From assembly GCA_013239625.1 (NCBI GenBank), contig MU054187.1:21021280-21085279 (forward strand): a stretch of DNA of 64,000 nucleotides, read 5' to 3'. A program made the translations under genes and the position numbers. This DNA comes from Lama guanicoe (taxonomy: Eukaryota). The notes under the pieces were generated by a model. That model had not been told where the DNA came from and did not search any database. It saw nothing but the letters and a program-made list of their open reading frames with translations. The number at the start of each line of letters is the position of its first letter. The first letter of the stretch is position 1. Below are positions 1 to 12,684 of this stretch, piece by piece.

Positions 1-1579
1 TATTTATCCTTATTACTTCAATCTATTTTTATCATTCCCTAAATATAAAGCAATTGTTACCCAATCTGTCTGTCAAAATACGAAGAATATATAAAAGAAA
101 CATAAAATTGCTCTAAGTTAAAGTTTTACGTTTGGGAGAAATTATTGTTCAGAGGTTTGTTAAGAAAGTATGACAATCTAGGCACGTTTCCAGGGATTTT
201 TTGGAAAATAGATTACCTTGCATGTAGTAGGTTGGGTAGTGTTTCATGAATGTTGAGTCAGTTTGTACATATTTATGTTGTCTGTCTTTATTGGGGCTCA
301 AGAAAAGTCTATTTCTTAAAAGGACTGTGATTTTTAAAAAATGGGAAAGCTTCTGTTCTAGGTACAATTATTCTAAAATCTTTGTCTGCGATTCCTGCCA
401 GCTCAGTCTCATGCAAAGTTGCACTGAGAGAGAATTCGAGAGATTATTTGTAGGTATAACCAGAAAATGATAATTCCATCAGTACTTGCCAAATCAAAGC
501 TATGTCATCTTCTCCTCCAAAATTACAGTTTATAATTTTATTTTAAAATGTTTGTTCTTTGGTATTTTCATCCGAATGTCTTCTTGTTGCTTTAAATTCA
601 CATTCTGCGCTGATATTTCCCCCGATCAGCTGTTCCTCCTGACTCCCCTGTTAGTGTTAAGGAATGATGTAAAATTGATGAGAATTAATTATGGTTACAG
701 TAGTTATGGGTCATTAGGCCCCATGCATCAAGTCTTAGGAATTAGTTTCATTACTGTAAGAGTGATTTAGAAAATACATTTTCTTCTTTGACTTTTTAAA
801 TTATTATTACGATCTGGTGTGACAGCTGTGTGTCTGTTTAGCAAATGTTAATCAAGGAACTATTTCGTGCCTGCCACTGCAAGTTAAAAGGCACCCTCCT
901 GGCCCAGAGGGAGCAGGCATTCAAGCAGAGAATACAGACCGGTCAACAGATGACATTATGCATTGGGATAAATGCTTTGGCTGGCAATATAAAGCTGTCA
1001 GGGAGTGAATCAAAGAGATGCTCCCTCATTTTTGAGTATTCAGTGGCAATTTCTTTGTCCTGCAAGTGTTACTCAATCTGAGATATGAAGAATGAATCTA
1101 AGGTAGCCCCTAAAATCTGATTGTGGGAGTTACTAGTGTTCCAATCTGAGAAAGCAGAATACTGTGGGGAAGTGAAGGCGGAGGAGGGCCATGAATTGGA
1201 GTGGCAAGAGTAAGACCAGTTGAAGAACTTACCCTCCATCCTGAGCATAGAGGAAGTTGTCAGGCGTGTGAGAGAGCACACGCAAAACTACCGGCATGGA
1301 AGGATTCTGACAGCACGGCTAATCTAAGTGCACTTGACCGTAGATGGCTGGGTTAGCACTGACTCTTGAGAATGAGATGACCACTGGCCACACAGCGTAT
1401 GAATGACAGAATCCTGCAACTTTGTGTGCAGCTGGAAATGGTAAGAACATCAGTATTTAGAAAAGAATCTCCAAAGCTGTAAAACAGAGGAAGCACCTGT
1501 ATTTGCCTTGTGGTGATGGGGGAGGGCCCATTGTTTGCCGTATTAAATGTGAATGGCTCATCAAAGCCTTGTTTCGTAG

Positions 1580-1606
1580 ATACACACACGCGCGCGCACG
1601 CGCGCG
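1580..1606. repeat. Alternating purine-pyrimidine tract (CA)n/(CG)n
   Basis: atacacacacgcgcgcgcacgcgcgcg read directly. Confidence 0.9.
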
Positions 1607-1709
1607 AACTTACGTGCCGTTCCCATACTGTGGATTTCAACCTCCACCAGTCTGTCCTTCAAATGGCCCTTAAGACTCAGGTCCCAGATCTTTGTTCAGT
1701 TACATTTCA

Positions 1710-2030
1710 TGCTATTCATTCATTCATTCATTCATTCAATTTGCTAGCATACATGTATATATTCAGTCAGTAAATCATTCAGTCATTTTTTGGACAAAAT
1801 TAATAAAACAAGGCATACTTCCAGTTTCTTTGGTAGACAAAATAATCTGAAGTGTACTTCTCTGTCCTTGAAGAGAAAATACTGTGTGTTCAGTCACAGC
1901 ACAAGTGTATATAAATTGCTCTGGGTCTTCATAAAGGAAACAAGGGTGATCTTATAGAGGCAGTGGGGTTTGAACTGAGTCTTGAAGAATGAGCGATCTG
2001 CACATGTGGAATGCTCAGTAGAGGACAGGC
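1710..2030 (-). mobile_element. L2 LINE 3' fragment
   Basis: (ATTC)n tail followed by degenerate L2-like sequence (tttgaactgagtcttgaagaatgag). Confidence 0.55.
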
Positions 2031-2319
2031 GAGTCCTCAGAGCACGTCAAATGGCAGACACTAGGTCCCCTTGGATTGCTTCAACTAGGGGAGAATTTGG
2101 AGCCATTTATTTCATAATATTAACATCTCATCTGGGGTCTTATTGAAACTCACTAACTTCAAGAACCCAAACACCTTTTTTCATTCCTATCATAATCATT
2201 CATGTAGCTGCTTCTGCCTCTCACTTCATGTTGAGATGACTCTGGGTTAACATCTGAGTAACTGGAGAATAAATAGGAACTTCATGGTTGGAAAAGAAAG
2301 TGGATCTTTAAGAAGGAAG

Positions 2320-2470
2320 AGAAATCATAGTTAGAAAAAGCCCTGAGGTATTTCCTGTCCAACTTTCTCATTTTATAGTTGAAGATATATTATGTGACAC
2401 CCGAGGTCAGGTGCTGTGGTGGTGGCGGACCCTGGACTAGATCTCGTGCTCCCTGACTTGCAGTGACTTT
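2320..2470 (-). mobile_element. MIR SINE fragment
   Basis: MIR-core-like ctcattttatagttgaaga...gaggtcag. Confidence 0.55.
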
Positions 2471-3274
2471 CTCCCCATGGCAAGAAAATTCTGATTATTC
2501 AGCACAGGGTAATATAACTGTTTGCAGAATTAAAATAGGAGAACTTGAGGGTGATAGAAATGAAATGGACAATTACTAAAATAATTTACATATCCCTTTT
2601 TTGTATGCTACCCTTAATTAATTTGAGATGTAGACAGGGCATAAATGACAGATCAAATAAATAATTTATACTTGACTAAATAAAATTTAACATAAGAGAG
2701 CCCACAGATACAGGGTTCATTGTTAATCTCTTACTAGTGCCAACAAACTACTTAATGATAGAGAAGTTGCTTCAAATTTCTAATTTTAAGATATTTAATA
2801 ATTCATAATTTTTTTCTGATAGTGGATTTAATTGAATAAATTTACATGTTCAGTAAGATAATTAAATATTTTATAAAATTTATGAGATAATTTATACATG
2901 GAAAGGTAGTATCACCCCCATAACATTATTAAATATTACAGAACAGTTTGTGAAGATGACACAAATCCATTTATTTAATTTGATGAGGAAAATAAAATCA
3001 CATGCATAAACAACTTGCATTTCTTTAAATTTAATTATATTAGTGAGTTTCATAAATGACCCTATGAATAATGTGAACAAAAGCAAATTGTAATATTTAA
3101 AAATTATTTATTTACATAATTTTAAATGTAAATTAGTCATATAATAAGTTATTCCTAATTATTCTCCTTAAAAAGATTTCTTATAAATCGTAAAGAAATG
3201 GAACTTGTTTTTTCAATTTTCATACCAGTATGGTTATTATCATGGATACAATTTAATACTACATACTACTATTT

Positions 3275-3525
3275 ACTTTAATAGGTACCATTATTGATCC
3301 CATATTTTATGCCAAACATTGTACTAAATCCTTTACTTACGTTATCTCATTTAATTCTAATAATTCTTGCAAGTTTTTTTTTTATCATTATCTGCATTTT
3401 ACCGATGAAGAAACAGAATCTCATGAATAATAAGGAAATGACTCAGAGTCACACAACCATTAAATAGCAGAGACTGTTCTTGAGCCGAAGCCTCTCTGAT
3501 TCCAAAGCCATGCTTTTGACTTCCA
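3275..3525 (-). mobile_element. MIR SINE
   Basis: atctcatttaattct...cattttaccgatgaagaaacaga...gactcagagtcacac...ctgattccaaagcc resembles the reverse-strand MIR consensus. Confidence 0.8.
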
Positions 3526-3539
3526 TGTTAACCTGCAGT

Positions 3540-3990
3540 TATTCAGTCCACGCATATTTAGTGAGCCTTCATTTAACTAGCACTCTTTGAGATGCTAGGG
3601 ATGCCAAGATAACAAAAGAATAGCTTTGGTCCTTCCCGGCTTCTCCAGGAAGAGAGGATCTGTAAACAAACAGGAATCTTACAGATGCGGTGGGAGAAGA
3701 GCATAAAGACATAAGAACGTAGTGAGTACATCAAATAAGGCATATTATTTCTTCCTGGGAATTTCAAGAAAAGGCTTTGTGTAAGAAGTGTTGCTTGAGC
3801 TAAGACTGGAATATAAGGAAGTGTTGGATGGATAAGAGAGGGAAAGGTCATCCCAATTTGGAAAAAGATAAGGGACCATGACCCAGCATGGGGACAAGTA
3901 CAATTTTCAGAGTGACTAAAAGCAAGAAAGAAGGCTAGAGGGAAAGGCATGTATATCACAATTACCTTCCATCCAATTAGAAGGAGTTTA
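3540..3990 (-). mobile_element. L2 LINE 3' fragment
   Basis: attcagtccacgcatatttagtgagc...gatgctagggat...; purine-rich L2-like body. Confidence 0.6.
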
Positions 3991-5664
3991 TAATATATCC
4001 CACAGTTGTGATACTGCTGATGATTTTATGGGATTGAAAAAGGTCACTTTTTTTTTTTTTTTGTGTGTGATCAGTCTGGATATCACTGAAAGTGGTAAAG
4101 TAGATCAGTGTTTGTGGACATGGAAAATCCCCTGACATACTGTAGGTATCTTTTGGCAGTTGGGTTATGGGTAATTTATTTATTTTCCATATTTGGATTT
4201 TAATTTAGGACATTTTAACAGAGAAAAATAAAGGCTTCCACTTTATAGGAAAAAAACACCTGATGGATTTGTCAGAGGCACGTGTATTACGGTGGCAGGT
4301 CTTGGGTTTGGGTGCATCTACGACACTATCACAGAATAATTCCAGACGTGGCAGCTAAGTGGCTGAAAGCACCGAAGTTACTCCAGCTTTTGTCTCCTTT
4401 AGTTGAGGAACTGAGCAGAGTTAGAATTAATATTTGAGTTTTGAGATTTTGAGGCAGAAAAGAAGGACTGCCACTGCTTCCAAGTCGCCCCATCTCAAAC
4501 TAAAAGTTTCCATGCTGTTTCCCTTTGTCATTGTCACCCTCACTGCTTACCAAGTCCCATTCGTCCTCCCAGGCATTCTTTTTACTCCACTTGGGCAGAC
4601 ATCATCATTTTCTGGGCTCGCCCAGAAACTAACTGACTGTCGTTTCTTTCTCTCTGTCTTTAATCTGTTCTGACACCCCTGCTAAAATAATGTTGGAAAT
4701 GTCATTATACGGCTCAAACTCTTTAAGTCACTTCCCATCACTTTCTCAAAGTGGCTTCCTTTCTTTTTGGGCTTTAGATGTTGACTGTGAAACTTTTAGT
4801 TGGGCAGCGTCGTGCCACTGATGTACAGTTGGCTTTCCAGTCCTCTTTGTCTAGAATATCCTGCTGCAATTTTGATTACCTTGCCTTTCTTTCCTTTTTT
4901 TGGCAGCTCTTTGCCTATTTATTTTTTATACCTCTCTCTGAAAGAAATTACAGACAGAAATATCATAAAGGAAAGCTAGATAACTCGCCTAATTTTCAGT
5001 GCATTAGGGATTTTTGGAAAAATTCCACGGTTAAATTGCTCATATGCACTTAAGAGTCTAGTCATTGCTAATTAGTCCTTTTTGTTTGGCCATTTCTTAG
5101 CTTTGGCAGGTTGGACCATTTGTCCATTTGTCTTCTGATTCATCTGAAAAAAATGGATTCTTGCTTCTAGGAGCACTATCAGATATAAATTTTATCCTTT
5201 TCTCCTATTCTGTGTGATAAAATGACATGTTTCTGTCTCATATTGCCAACAGAAATCTATTATCCTGCAGGGTTTCTTCACCTGGATTCCTAGGCTTTTA
5301 TACCTGATGACCGAGATACAATAGGGCGTGGAGATTAAACATTTGATCTGTAATGATAAGACAGGGAGATTGGTTTGACATCTTTAACAGATATAAATAT
5401 CTCTTTCATTACTGATCCAGATGGATGACTTTGGGCAGGTTTTTTAAGCTCCTTAAGCTTCAGTTTTCTTTTCTGGAAAAGCTACCACTTTTGAATACTT
5501 TGCCTTCATTGGAATGTCCTTTCCTTTCTGTCTTTCCACTTCTAAAAAATTTGCAACATCCTTTGTTTCAGTTTGTAAATGTTCTTTTCGTGCCTCTACC
5601 CATTTATCCCCATTAAAGCATTTGTCCCCTTTTATTATTGATTTGTAAGATGTCTTTTAATCTG

Positions 5665-6730
5665 TTTCTCCAGCTTTACTGAGATATAAATGAAATATAA
5701 CACTGCATAAGTTATGTTGCTTTGATATGCTTATATATTGCAAAATGATTACAACCATAGCATTAGCTAACACCCCTGTCACATCACGATTAACTTTTTT
5801 TTTGTGGTGAGAACATTTAAGATCTAGTCTCTAAGCAACTTTCAAGTATGGAATACAGAATTATTGACTATAATCATTCTGCTAGTTATACAAGATCTTG
5901 TTCATCTTATAACTGGAAGTTTGTATCCTTTGACTGATGTATCTCTCCTTATACTCCACCCCCCACCACCCACACTTCCTGGTAACTGCCATTCTAGTCT
6001 CTTTTGCTGTGAGTTTGGCTCTTAGATTCTACGTATAAGTGAGATCATACAGTATTTGTCTTTGTCTGACTTATTTCATTTGCATCATGCCCTCGAGGGT
6101 GATTCATGTTGTCATATATAGCAGGATGTTCCACTTTCTTAGGCTAGATAATATTCCATTGTATGTATATACCCATCTCATTTATCCATTCACCATCTTG
6201 GCTATGGGGAAAAATGCTGCAGGGAACATGGGAGTGCAGTTATCTCTTTGAGATCCTGTTTTTATTTCCTTGGGTATGTACCCAGAAATGGGATTCCTGG
6301 ATCATATAGTAGTTCTATTTTTATTTTTTTCAGGAACCTCCATGCAGTTTTCCATAATGGCGGCACCAATTTACATCCTCACCAGCAGTGCACAAGGGTT
6401 CCCTTTTGTCCACATCATTGCCAACACTTCTCTCCTGTCTTTTTGATGATAGCCATTCTGACAGGTGTGAGGTGATATCTCCTTGTGGTTTTCATATGCA
6501 TTTCCCTGGTGAGTAGTGAGGTAGAGCACCTTTATATGTACTTGTTGGCTATTTAAGTCATTTTTGTAAAAACATCTATTTAATTTTTTTCTTCCTGTTT
6601 TTAATTTTTTTTGTAGTTGAGTTGGATAAGTTCTTTATATATTTTGGATATTAACTTCTTACCAGATACAGGATTTGCAAATATTTTCTCCCATTCTGTA
6701 GGTTGACTTTTCATTCTGTTAATGGTTTAT
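5665..6730 (-). mobile_element. L1 LINE 3' end (L1MA-like; 3'UTR plus end of ORF2), truncated
   Basis: Typical antisense L1 motifs: gtgagatcatacagtatttgtc, ggatcatatagtagttctatttt, ctgacaggtgtgaggtgatatctc, tttgcaaatattttctcccattctgtaggtt. Confidence 0.9.
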
Positions 6731-7724
6731 AAAATTTACATCTTAAAATCAATTTTCTAGGAAGATATTTGACCTAATTTTGTTAAAGTATTTACTGAAT
6801 TGGAAACATTTTAGAAATATTAGAAATGTTTTGTTTTGTTCTGAGTGGCCTTTTCCATTTGTCTATTTTGAATGCTTTAGGAAATTTTCATTTGATGTTT
6901 GCATTCTTCTTTAACATTTCTTTTCATTGAATTAAAACATAAATTTTACTTTCAGTTTACTCTAATGCAACTTCATTTTCAGTTTAAGACATTTTATATA
7001 AAAATATTCAGAATATTTGAATCCAGGTGAGAAAGTCAGTTAGGCAGACTGGTTTAGGGGAAATGAAGTATTATCTGTCATCCCTCTCCTACAGTATAAG
7101 ACTTCAGAGTCTGCCCTGTTACTTCATGTATCAGGACTCAGGTTGAAAAGTGATCCTTTTTCTTCCCTCCTCCCTTCCTACTGCCTTTCCCCATCCTGCC
7201 TCTGCCCTCTAAAAACTGATTCATTGAACTACTTTTCTCTTTTCTGAAGCTAGCAGATATAATTAGAACATCACAAAGTAACTTTGATGTTTATAGTTTC
7301 GGTGTTTCTACTTTTAGTGTTACCATACTTTGGTGTTCTGACTTATTAAATGATTATTCCTTCCAGAATGTTCTATGTCCCCAAGCATACTTAGAATGTA
7401 TCTTACTAAGTACTGAGCATTGACATATCAAAATGACACGAAGCTACCCAAACACATTGCTGGTCCTCCCCACCCCCGTTTTTGGTTTGATAATTCCAGA
7501 GTTAATAGGAAATGTCTTTTTAAAAATTAAGGTGTTTTCATGATAGGGGACAGAACAAATTCTCACCAAGTGAACATCTATATAGCTGATAATTCATTCA
7601 TGAGCAACTCAAATAAAACATATGCTGATAGTTTGATGACTATAATTGATCCCCTTCATGCATTGAACCATTTTCTAATTCCTTCAGAAGAGTAAGTACA
7701 TCACAATCAAATTAGAATGTGCTT

Positions 7725-7794
7725 GCTGTGCACCAGAAATTGACACAATATTGTAAACTGACTATACTTCAGTAAAAAAAAAAAAACCCAAAAT
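7725..7794 (+). mobile_element. Very short L1 3'-terminal insertion with A tail and 15-bp TSD
   Basis: gctgtgcaccagaaattgacacaatattgtaaactgactatacttc plus A-run, flanked by aattagaatgtgctt (7710-7724) and aattagaatatgctt (7795-7809). Confidence 0.8.
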
Positions 7795-7844
7795 AATTAG
7801 AATATGCTTACCTGGAGTCAACTTTATTCAGATAATTTTTAAAA

Positions 7845-8070
7845 ATAGCTACATTGTGTTTATGATGTGCCTGGCACTACTCAAAGCCTTGACACGTGTC
7901 AGCTCATGGAGTCCTCATGACAGTATCACTTAGTAATTATTATGCCCACTTTATAGATGAGGAAAGGGAGGACAGTGAGGTTAATAACTTATGCAAGATT
8001 GCTCAGCCAGCCAGTAGCTGCCAAAATTCACATGAAGGCAGTCTGGCTCTGGTGTATGTGCTAAAATCCT
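7845..8070 (-). mobile_element. MIR SINE
   Basis: cccactttatagatgaggaaa...gaggttaataacttatgcaag MIR core. Confidence 0.75.
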
Positions 8071-8549
8071 GCGTTATATTTGGTACTCATTCCTCCAAAT
8101 GGATTTTATAGTGAAAAAGTGATAAACGAAAAATATAAAGCCAATATTTTAATTCACTGTTGAAGAATTGCTAGCAGAAATGACCAAGTTTCCTAAAATT
8201 ATTTACCAGTGTTAGTACTGTTGCAGGCAGACTGATTTAAAATGATGTATTTTCTAAACCAGAATTGAAAAAAATGAATGACAAAAACATTTCACCTAGC
8301 CTGTGAATTTTGCTAATTTATAAAAGTATACTGTAACAATTATATTTTTGATTAGTTATCTTTATTTAAAAAATAACGTGAAGTTTGAATTTTTCCAGAA
8401 AATTGTTCTATCTAGGATTCCCTTCAGCTCTGTTCCGCTGTTAGACTGTCTCACAAAATTCTAATTAGTGTCAATTGAGGTATTGCTGATTTTGACCCCC
8501 TGACTTCCTGAGTTCTAGAATATTGAAAGTCGTGGCTTCTTTCCTATAA

Positions 8550-8755
8550 TCAATTCCAATCGACAGATATTTATCGAGTGCCTACTAAGTGCAACACTGA
8601 TACAAAGAAATAAACACTTTCAGAGAACATGCGTGCTCGTAGGGAAGTTTAATTGTTCAAGATGATGAAGGAAATGTCACAAATGACATGACTCATTGCA
8701 ACATGAATGAAATAGACCGAATGCTGTTGAGTTTCTGAGAGAGCAGGGAGAGCTT
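8550..8755 (-). mobile_element. L2 3' fragment
   Basis: atatttatcgagtgcctactaagtgca is an L2 3'-end motif. Confidence 0.6.
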
Positions 8756-9053
8756 CAGACTCTGCTTCACCACCCTGAATGATGATGTTCTCACGGCAAG
8801 GCTGGTGTGCTTTGTCAGTAACTTTTAAACTCTTTGTGGCTAAGCTACAGACATTTTTTTCTTCACAAAAAAAACAACAGAAAAGGTGAACTACAGAGGC
8901 TCAAATTTGAGAATCACTATATCCTGGGAACGGCACTGTGTGTTTTAAAAATATTTATTTTTAAATTCAAGCAAAAGGTGCATGTAGGCTTAAAAATAGT
9001 AATAGGCTTTTAAAAAGGGAAACCAACAGCTGCCTTGCCCTCTACCTCCCTAT

Positions 9054-9569
9054 TGTTACAGTCCGAGAGAAAAGTAAGGAGAAAGAGCTCAACGGCAGTC
9101 AGGTCTGTTCTTGCAAACCTGCAGACGGATCTCCATTTAGACTTGAGCCCTCTTTTCTGCGTACAGGCTTAGCTATTTATCCCTATGGGTAGGAGCTGAT
9201 TGGTGGGCTCTTATGCAAATGATAGGTGCTGAAAGTGGCCAATGAGGGATGCTGAACGTGAAAGGGGCGTGTCTGAGAGAGGGGCAGGGGTGAACCTCCC
9301 TGCCAGTGGTTTTCACTCAGGTCTAGGGAGGCGGAAGTTGTTATGCGGATGAGCTGAAGGATCGATGCTGATTGGTGGGTTTTGCAGAAGGTGGAAGTTG
9401 TTACTTGCTGGTAGACTCTGCTTGTTCCTAGCATATGCGGATGAGCTGAAGGGTCGATGCTGATTGGTGGGTTTTGCAGAAGGTGGAAGTTGTTACTTGC
9501 TGGTAGACTCTGCTTGTTCCTAGCAGGGGGTCAGCTAGCAGGGAAATGGTGGCTTGTCCTGTCTTATCA
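9054..9569 (-). mobile_element. Young solo retroviral LTR (516 bp)
   Basis: TG...CA termini (tgttaca...cttatca), perfect 5-bp TSD CCTAT (9049-9053 and 9570-9574), several retained CpGs, minus-strand CCAAT and TATA-like motifs, internal direct repeat. Confidence 0.85.
9342..9525. repeat. 92-bp tandem direct repeat x2 inside the LTR
   Basis: Copies 9342-9433 and 9434-9525 differ at one position (gaaggAtcg vs gaaggGtcg). Confidence 0.97.
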
Positions 9570-10974
9570 CCTATATTAAAAGGGAAAAGCTCTTTACGTT
9601 CTATTAAGTATTTCTCTTTATATATACCTGCACATATTAAAATAATACAGGTAGGCTGCACACACAGAGTATATGTATTAAGACATGATCTATTGATTTT
9701 CTACTATAGTGGTCGAATACTTTGTTTTCTTAAACAAACATGCATATACACATGCAATCACACACGTGCACATGGGCACACATACAGATACCTCCCCTCC
9801 TCAAGTTTCCTCACAACTTTTAATAAGTTAAGATGCACTGTCAGTATGATTGCTCTTATTTCGTTGTAACTTTTTGTTTCCTTTCATGGTCTCTGTTTCC
9901 TCCTGATTTTATTTTTTTGTTTTTTCCCGTTGTCTCTTTTTTTGTGTTAGGAGCTTCTTCAAATATCTCATGATCCTTGGTGTTATGTTGCTATTTAAGA
10001 GAAAAGCACTAAAAGGTCTTCGTGCTTGGGGTGGGGTGGGACAAGAAGAGAGAACGGTGGCAGGCGGGACAGCTGCTGCATTTCCTGGAGGATGACCAGT
10101 GATGTGGACTGAACTCTGCATCCAGGTGGTCTTCAAGTATCAGTATCCACGGAATTTGTCTGTGAAGCTCATCAGATTTTTCAGAGTGAAAAACTCTAGT
10201 TTTCTATCTGGGAGGTATGTACCTCTCTACCCAAGTTTTGGAAGCTCAGGCAGGAATAGAGCTAAGGGTCCCCTAGTTAAGTATATAGACTCACTTAGTT
10301 ATCGTCCCCCTCCTCCAATACATGTTTTGCTTCGAGGCTTAGTTTGCCTTGTCCTTCCCTTTGTTGTGCTGAATTCCTCCCCTCCAGGGTCTCTCAGGTT
10401 TTGTTTCTCAGGAGCTCCCTCCTTTGCAGGATTGTGTAGACATGGTATAGTGGCCTGAGGGCTCACAACCTGGCTACATAGGTGGGAGTCCTGCATTCTG
10501 AGTTTGCATCCTGGAAGGACGTGAATCGGTGCCCCTCTCTGGGCTAGTTCTCTTCAAAGCCAGACTGCCTCTGCTCTGCTAGCTAAGTTTTCCTTCTTCT
10601 AAGAGTTTTCTATCAACTTGAACAAGTGTGCCTCTCTTTCCTGTTCTTTTTTTTCTTTTTTTTCCTTTTGCCCATGTAGTTTAGTACAACTTTGTTCGTT
10701 ATTACCATCTTAGTGATCTAGGAGAGGAGGGACAGGAGATGACCATGCATGGTCAATCTGCTACAATGAAATAGAAGCAATTATTTTATTGTTGCTATTT
10801 TTTTTAATAAACTTCTTCCCAAGAAGCCTTTGAAGTTATCCCATTTAACATATGAGGGTGTCAAGAGTCAATTAAGGTTAAATGAGGTTTGACTCAAAAG
10901 CTTATACTTTGCCCATTGGTTCTCGGGAAGAATAAACAAACATGAGAACACAGGATTCTAAATTAAAAAGAAAA

Positions 10975-11232
10975 TTTTTTTTGCAGTGTAGTTGAGTTAC
11001 AATGTTGTGTTAGTTTCAGGTATTCAGCAAAATGATTTAATTTTATGTATATATATACACACACACACATATATATATATATATTCTTTTTCAGACCCTT
11101 TTCCATGATAGGTTATTACAAGATACTGAAAATAATTTCCTGTGCTGTACAGTAGGTCCTTGTTGCTTATCTGTTTCATATACAGTAGTGTGTATCTGTT
11201 AATCCAGACTCTTAATTTATTCCTCCCACACA
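10975..11232 (-). mobile_element. L1 3' end (cetartiodactyl-type) with internal (TA)/(CA) microsatellite
   Basis: T-run then gttgagttacaatgttgtgttagtttcagg...ggttattacaagatactgaa...cctgtgctgtacagtaggtccttgttg; aaaattttt on both flanks. Confidence 0.85.
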
Positions 11233-11669
11233 CAAAATTTTTAACATTCAGGACAACTGTTTAATATTTCCTTTATATTCTATGCTTCAAATAATTTTAT
11301 CCACCAAGCAAACTGTATATATAAAGTTACACACCATGGCATTGTTTTCCTTTTTTAGTTCATCCACATACACAGGCAGATTTTGTGGGCAACAGGAGTA
11401 GCCAGAGTTGTCCCACAGGACAAAGGGCTTCTTTCTTTCAGTTTTCAGCATTACCTTTTTATTTTCCTTTAACTTATCCTGAAAACCACCAGGCTTCCAT
11501 AACAGCTTTTTTTAAAAACTCTCCCACCTTGCACCCACCATTCAGTCTGAAGTCTGCGGACACATTTGTAGGTGTTTGATAGGGCAGCACCTCACCTCTG
11601 GGTCTTAGTTGTCTTTGCTGCTAACCCAGTTCCCTCACCACCACTTAAAACACAAATGGTCATTCATGA

Positions 11670-11835
11670 TCCTTCCCATTTGTGGGTCATGAATTCAGAC
11701 AGCCCAGCGGCCATGGCTAGTCTCTGCATCCCAGGATCTGGGGATCAGCTGGCAGAAACAGAGGCTGGGAGCTGGAAATCCTCAGAAGTCTACACTCACA
11801 TCTGAAGGTGGATGCTGGCTGTTACTTGGAATCAG
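11670..11835 (-). mobile_element. MaLR (MLT1-type) LTR fragment
   Basis: gctgggagctggaaatcctcagaag...ctcacatctgaaggtggatgctggctgt. Confidence 0.5.
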
Positions 11836-11854
11836 TGAAGAGCTGTGAAGTGTC

Positions 11855-12325
11855 TGAGATGGGTCTGATCATGTAGGTTATCACAAATGCTGGCAGAAAA
11901 TAGAACACTCTCAAGTTAGAGGTGGAAGGCTATTACTCAGGGCACAACAGGCAGCATGATTTTCAAGTTCATGTTGTTAATGCTTGTCTTTAAGACCCAT
12001 GAGTAGGGGGTATGGAGGGACCCAGGTATGTGCTGTGCATGTGGTGGGCATGCATCACAGCTGAGGACCCTTAGGAAATGTCCATCTTTTCAAGAGGTTG
12101 CAAGCAAACTTGCCTGAGCTTTGAGCTGGAAGACAGCGTGGTTTTTATTGTCATACTCGTCAGCGGTGAGTCTCCCGTTGCTCCAGAGGGAGACTCCGGC
12201 TCTATCTCGTAACGTTGTTTGCTATACAGACGTTCTTGGAAGGAGAACCTGGAACAAAGGACAGTCCATATCTCTGCTAGTAAGATGGGCAGAAACTCAA
12301 AAGGCCCACTGAGAAGTTTCTCTCA
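11855..12325 (-). mobile_element. ERVL-class LTR (MER54/MER73/MER74-like)
   Basis: Reverse complement begins tgagagaaacttctcagtgggcc... and contains gtctccctctggagcaa and ctttgttccagg, recalled from this family. Confidence 0.65.
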
Positions 12326-12684
12326 ATGAAAGGAAGAGGGGAATGGACATTGAAAAATAATTAGCAGCTTCTGGCACTCTGTTAGAATAAGCTGAGTTAT
12401 AAACAAATAATTTTACCAAAGTGTAGTAAGTATACAGGAATTTGGACTTCTGATGTTGCTAGCCTCAAAGCAATCTGGCAAATTCTACTTGGGGGTTTTG
12501 ATTCAGAGAAGGCTTCAAATAGAAAATGCTCTAAGGCAGCAAATTAGATTTTGAGGAAATCTATTGTTGTTTTATTGTTATTATTGTCATTAGCTATGGG
12601 AACATATGCATATGACTTATCACATCTCAGATGCCTCAGTAGTTTTTGGATGGCATATTTTCATAAGAATATTTATTAAAATTA

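Noticed and set aside
6039..6475. ORFs resembling database 'hypothetical proteins'
   Set aside because: Antisense translations of an L1 3' end
7803..7815. U1 snRNA-like start (atgcttacctgg)
   Set aside because: Similarity ends after about 10 nt
9342..9525. CRISPR-like array
   Set aside because: Two abutting 92-bp copies with no spacers, in a mammalian LTR, with no cas genes
9183..9661. Two ORFs sharing a peptide (LGTSRVYQQVTTSTFCKTHQSAS)
   Set aside because: Artefact of the 92-bp tandem repeat in the LTR
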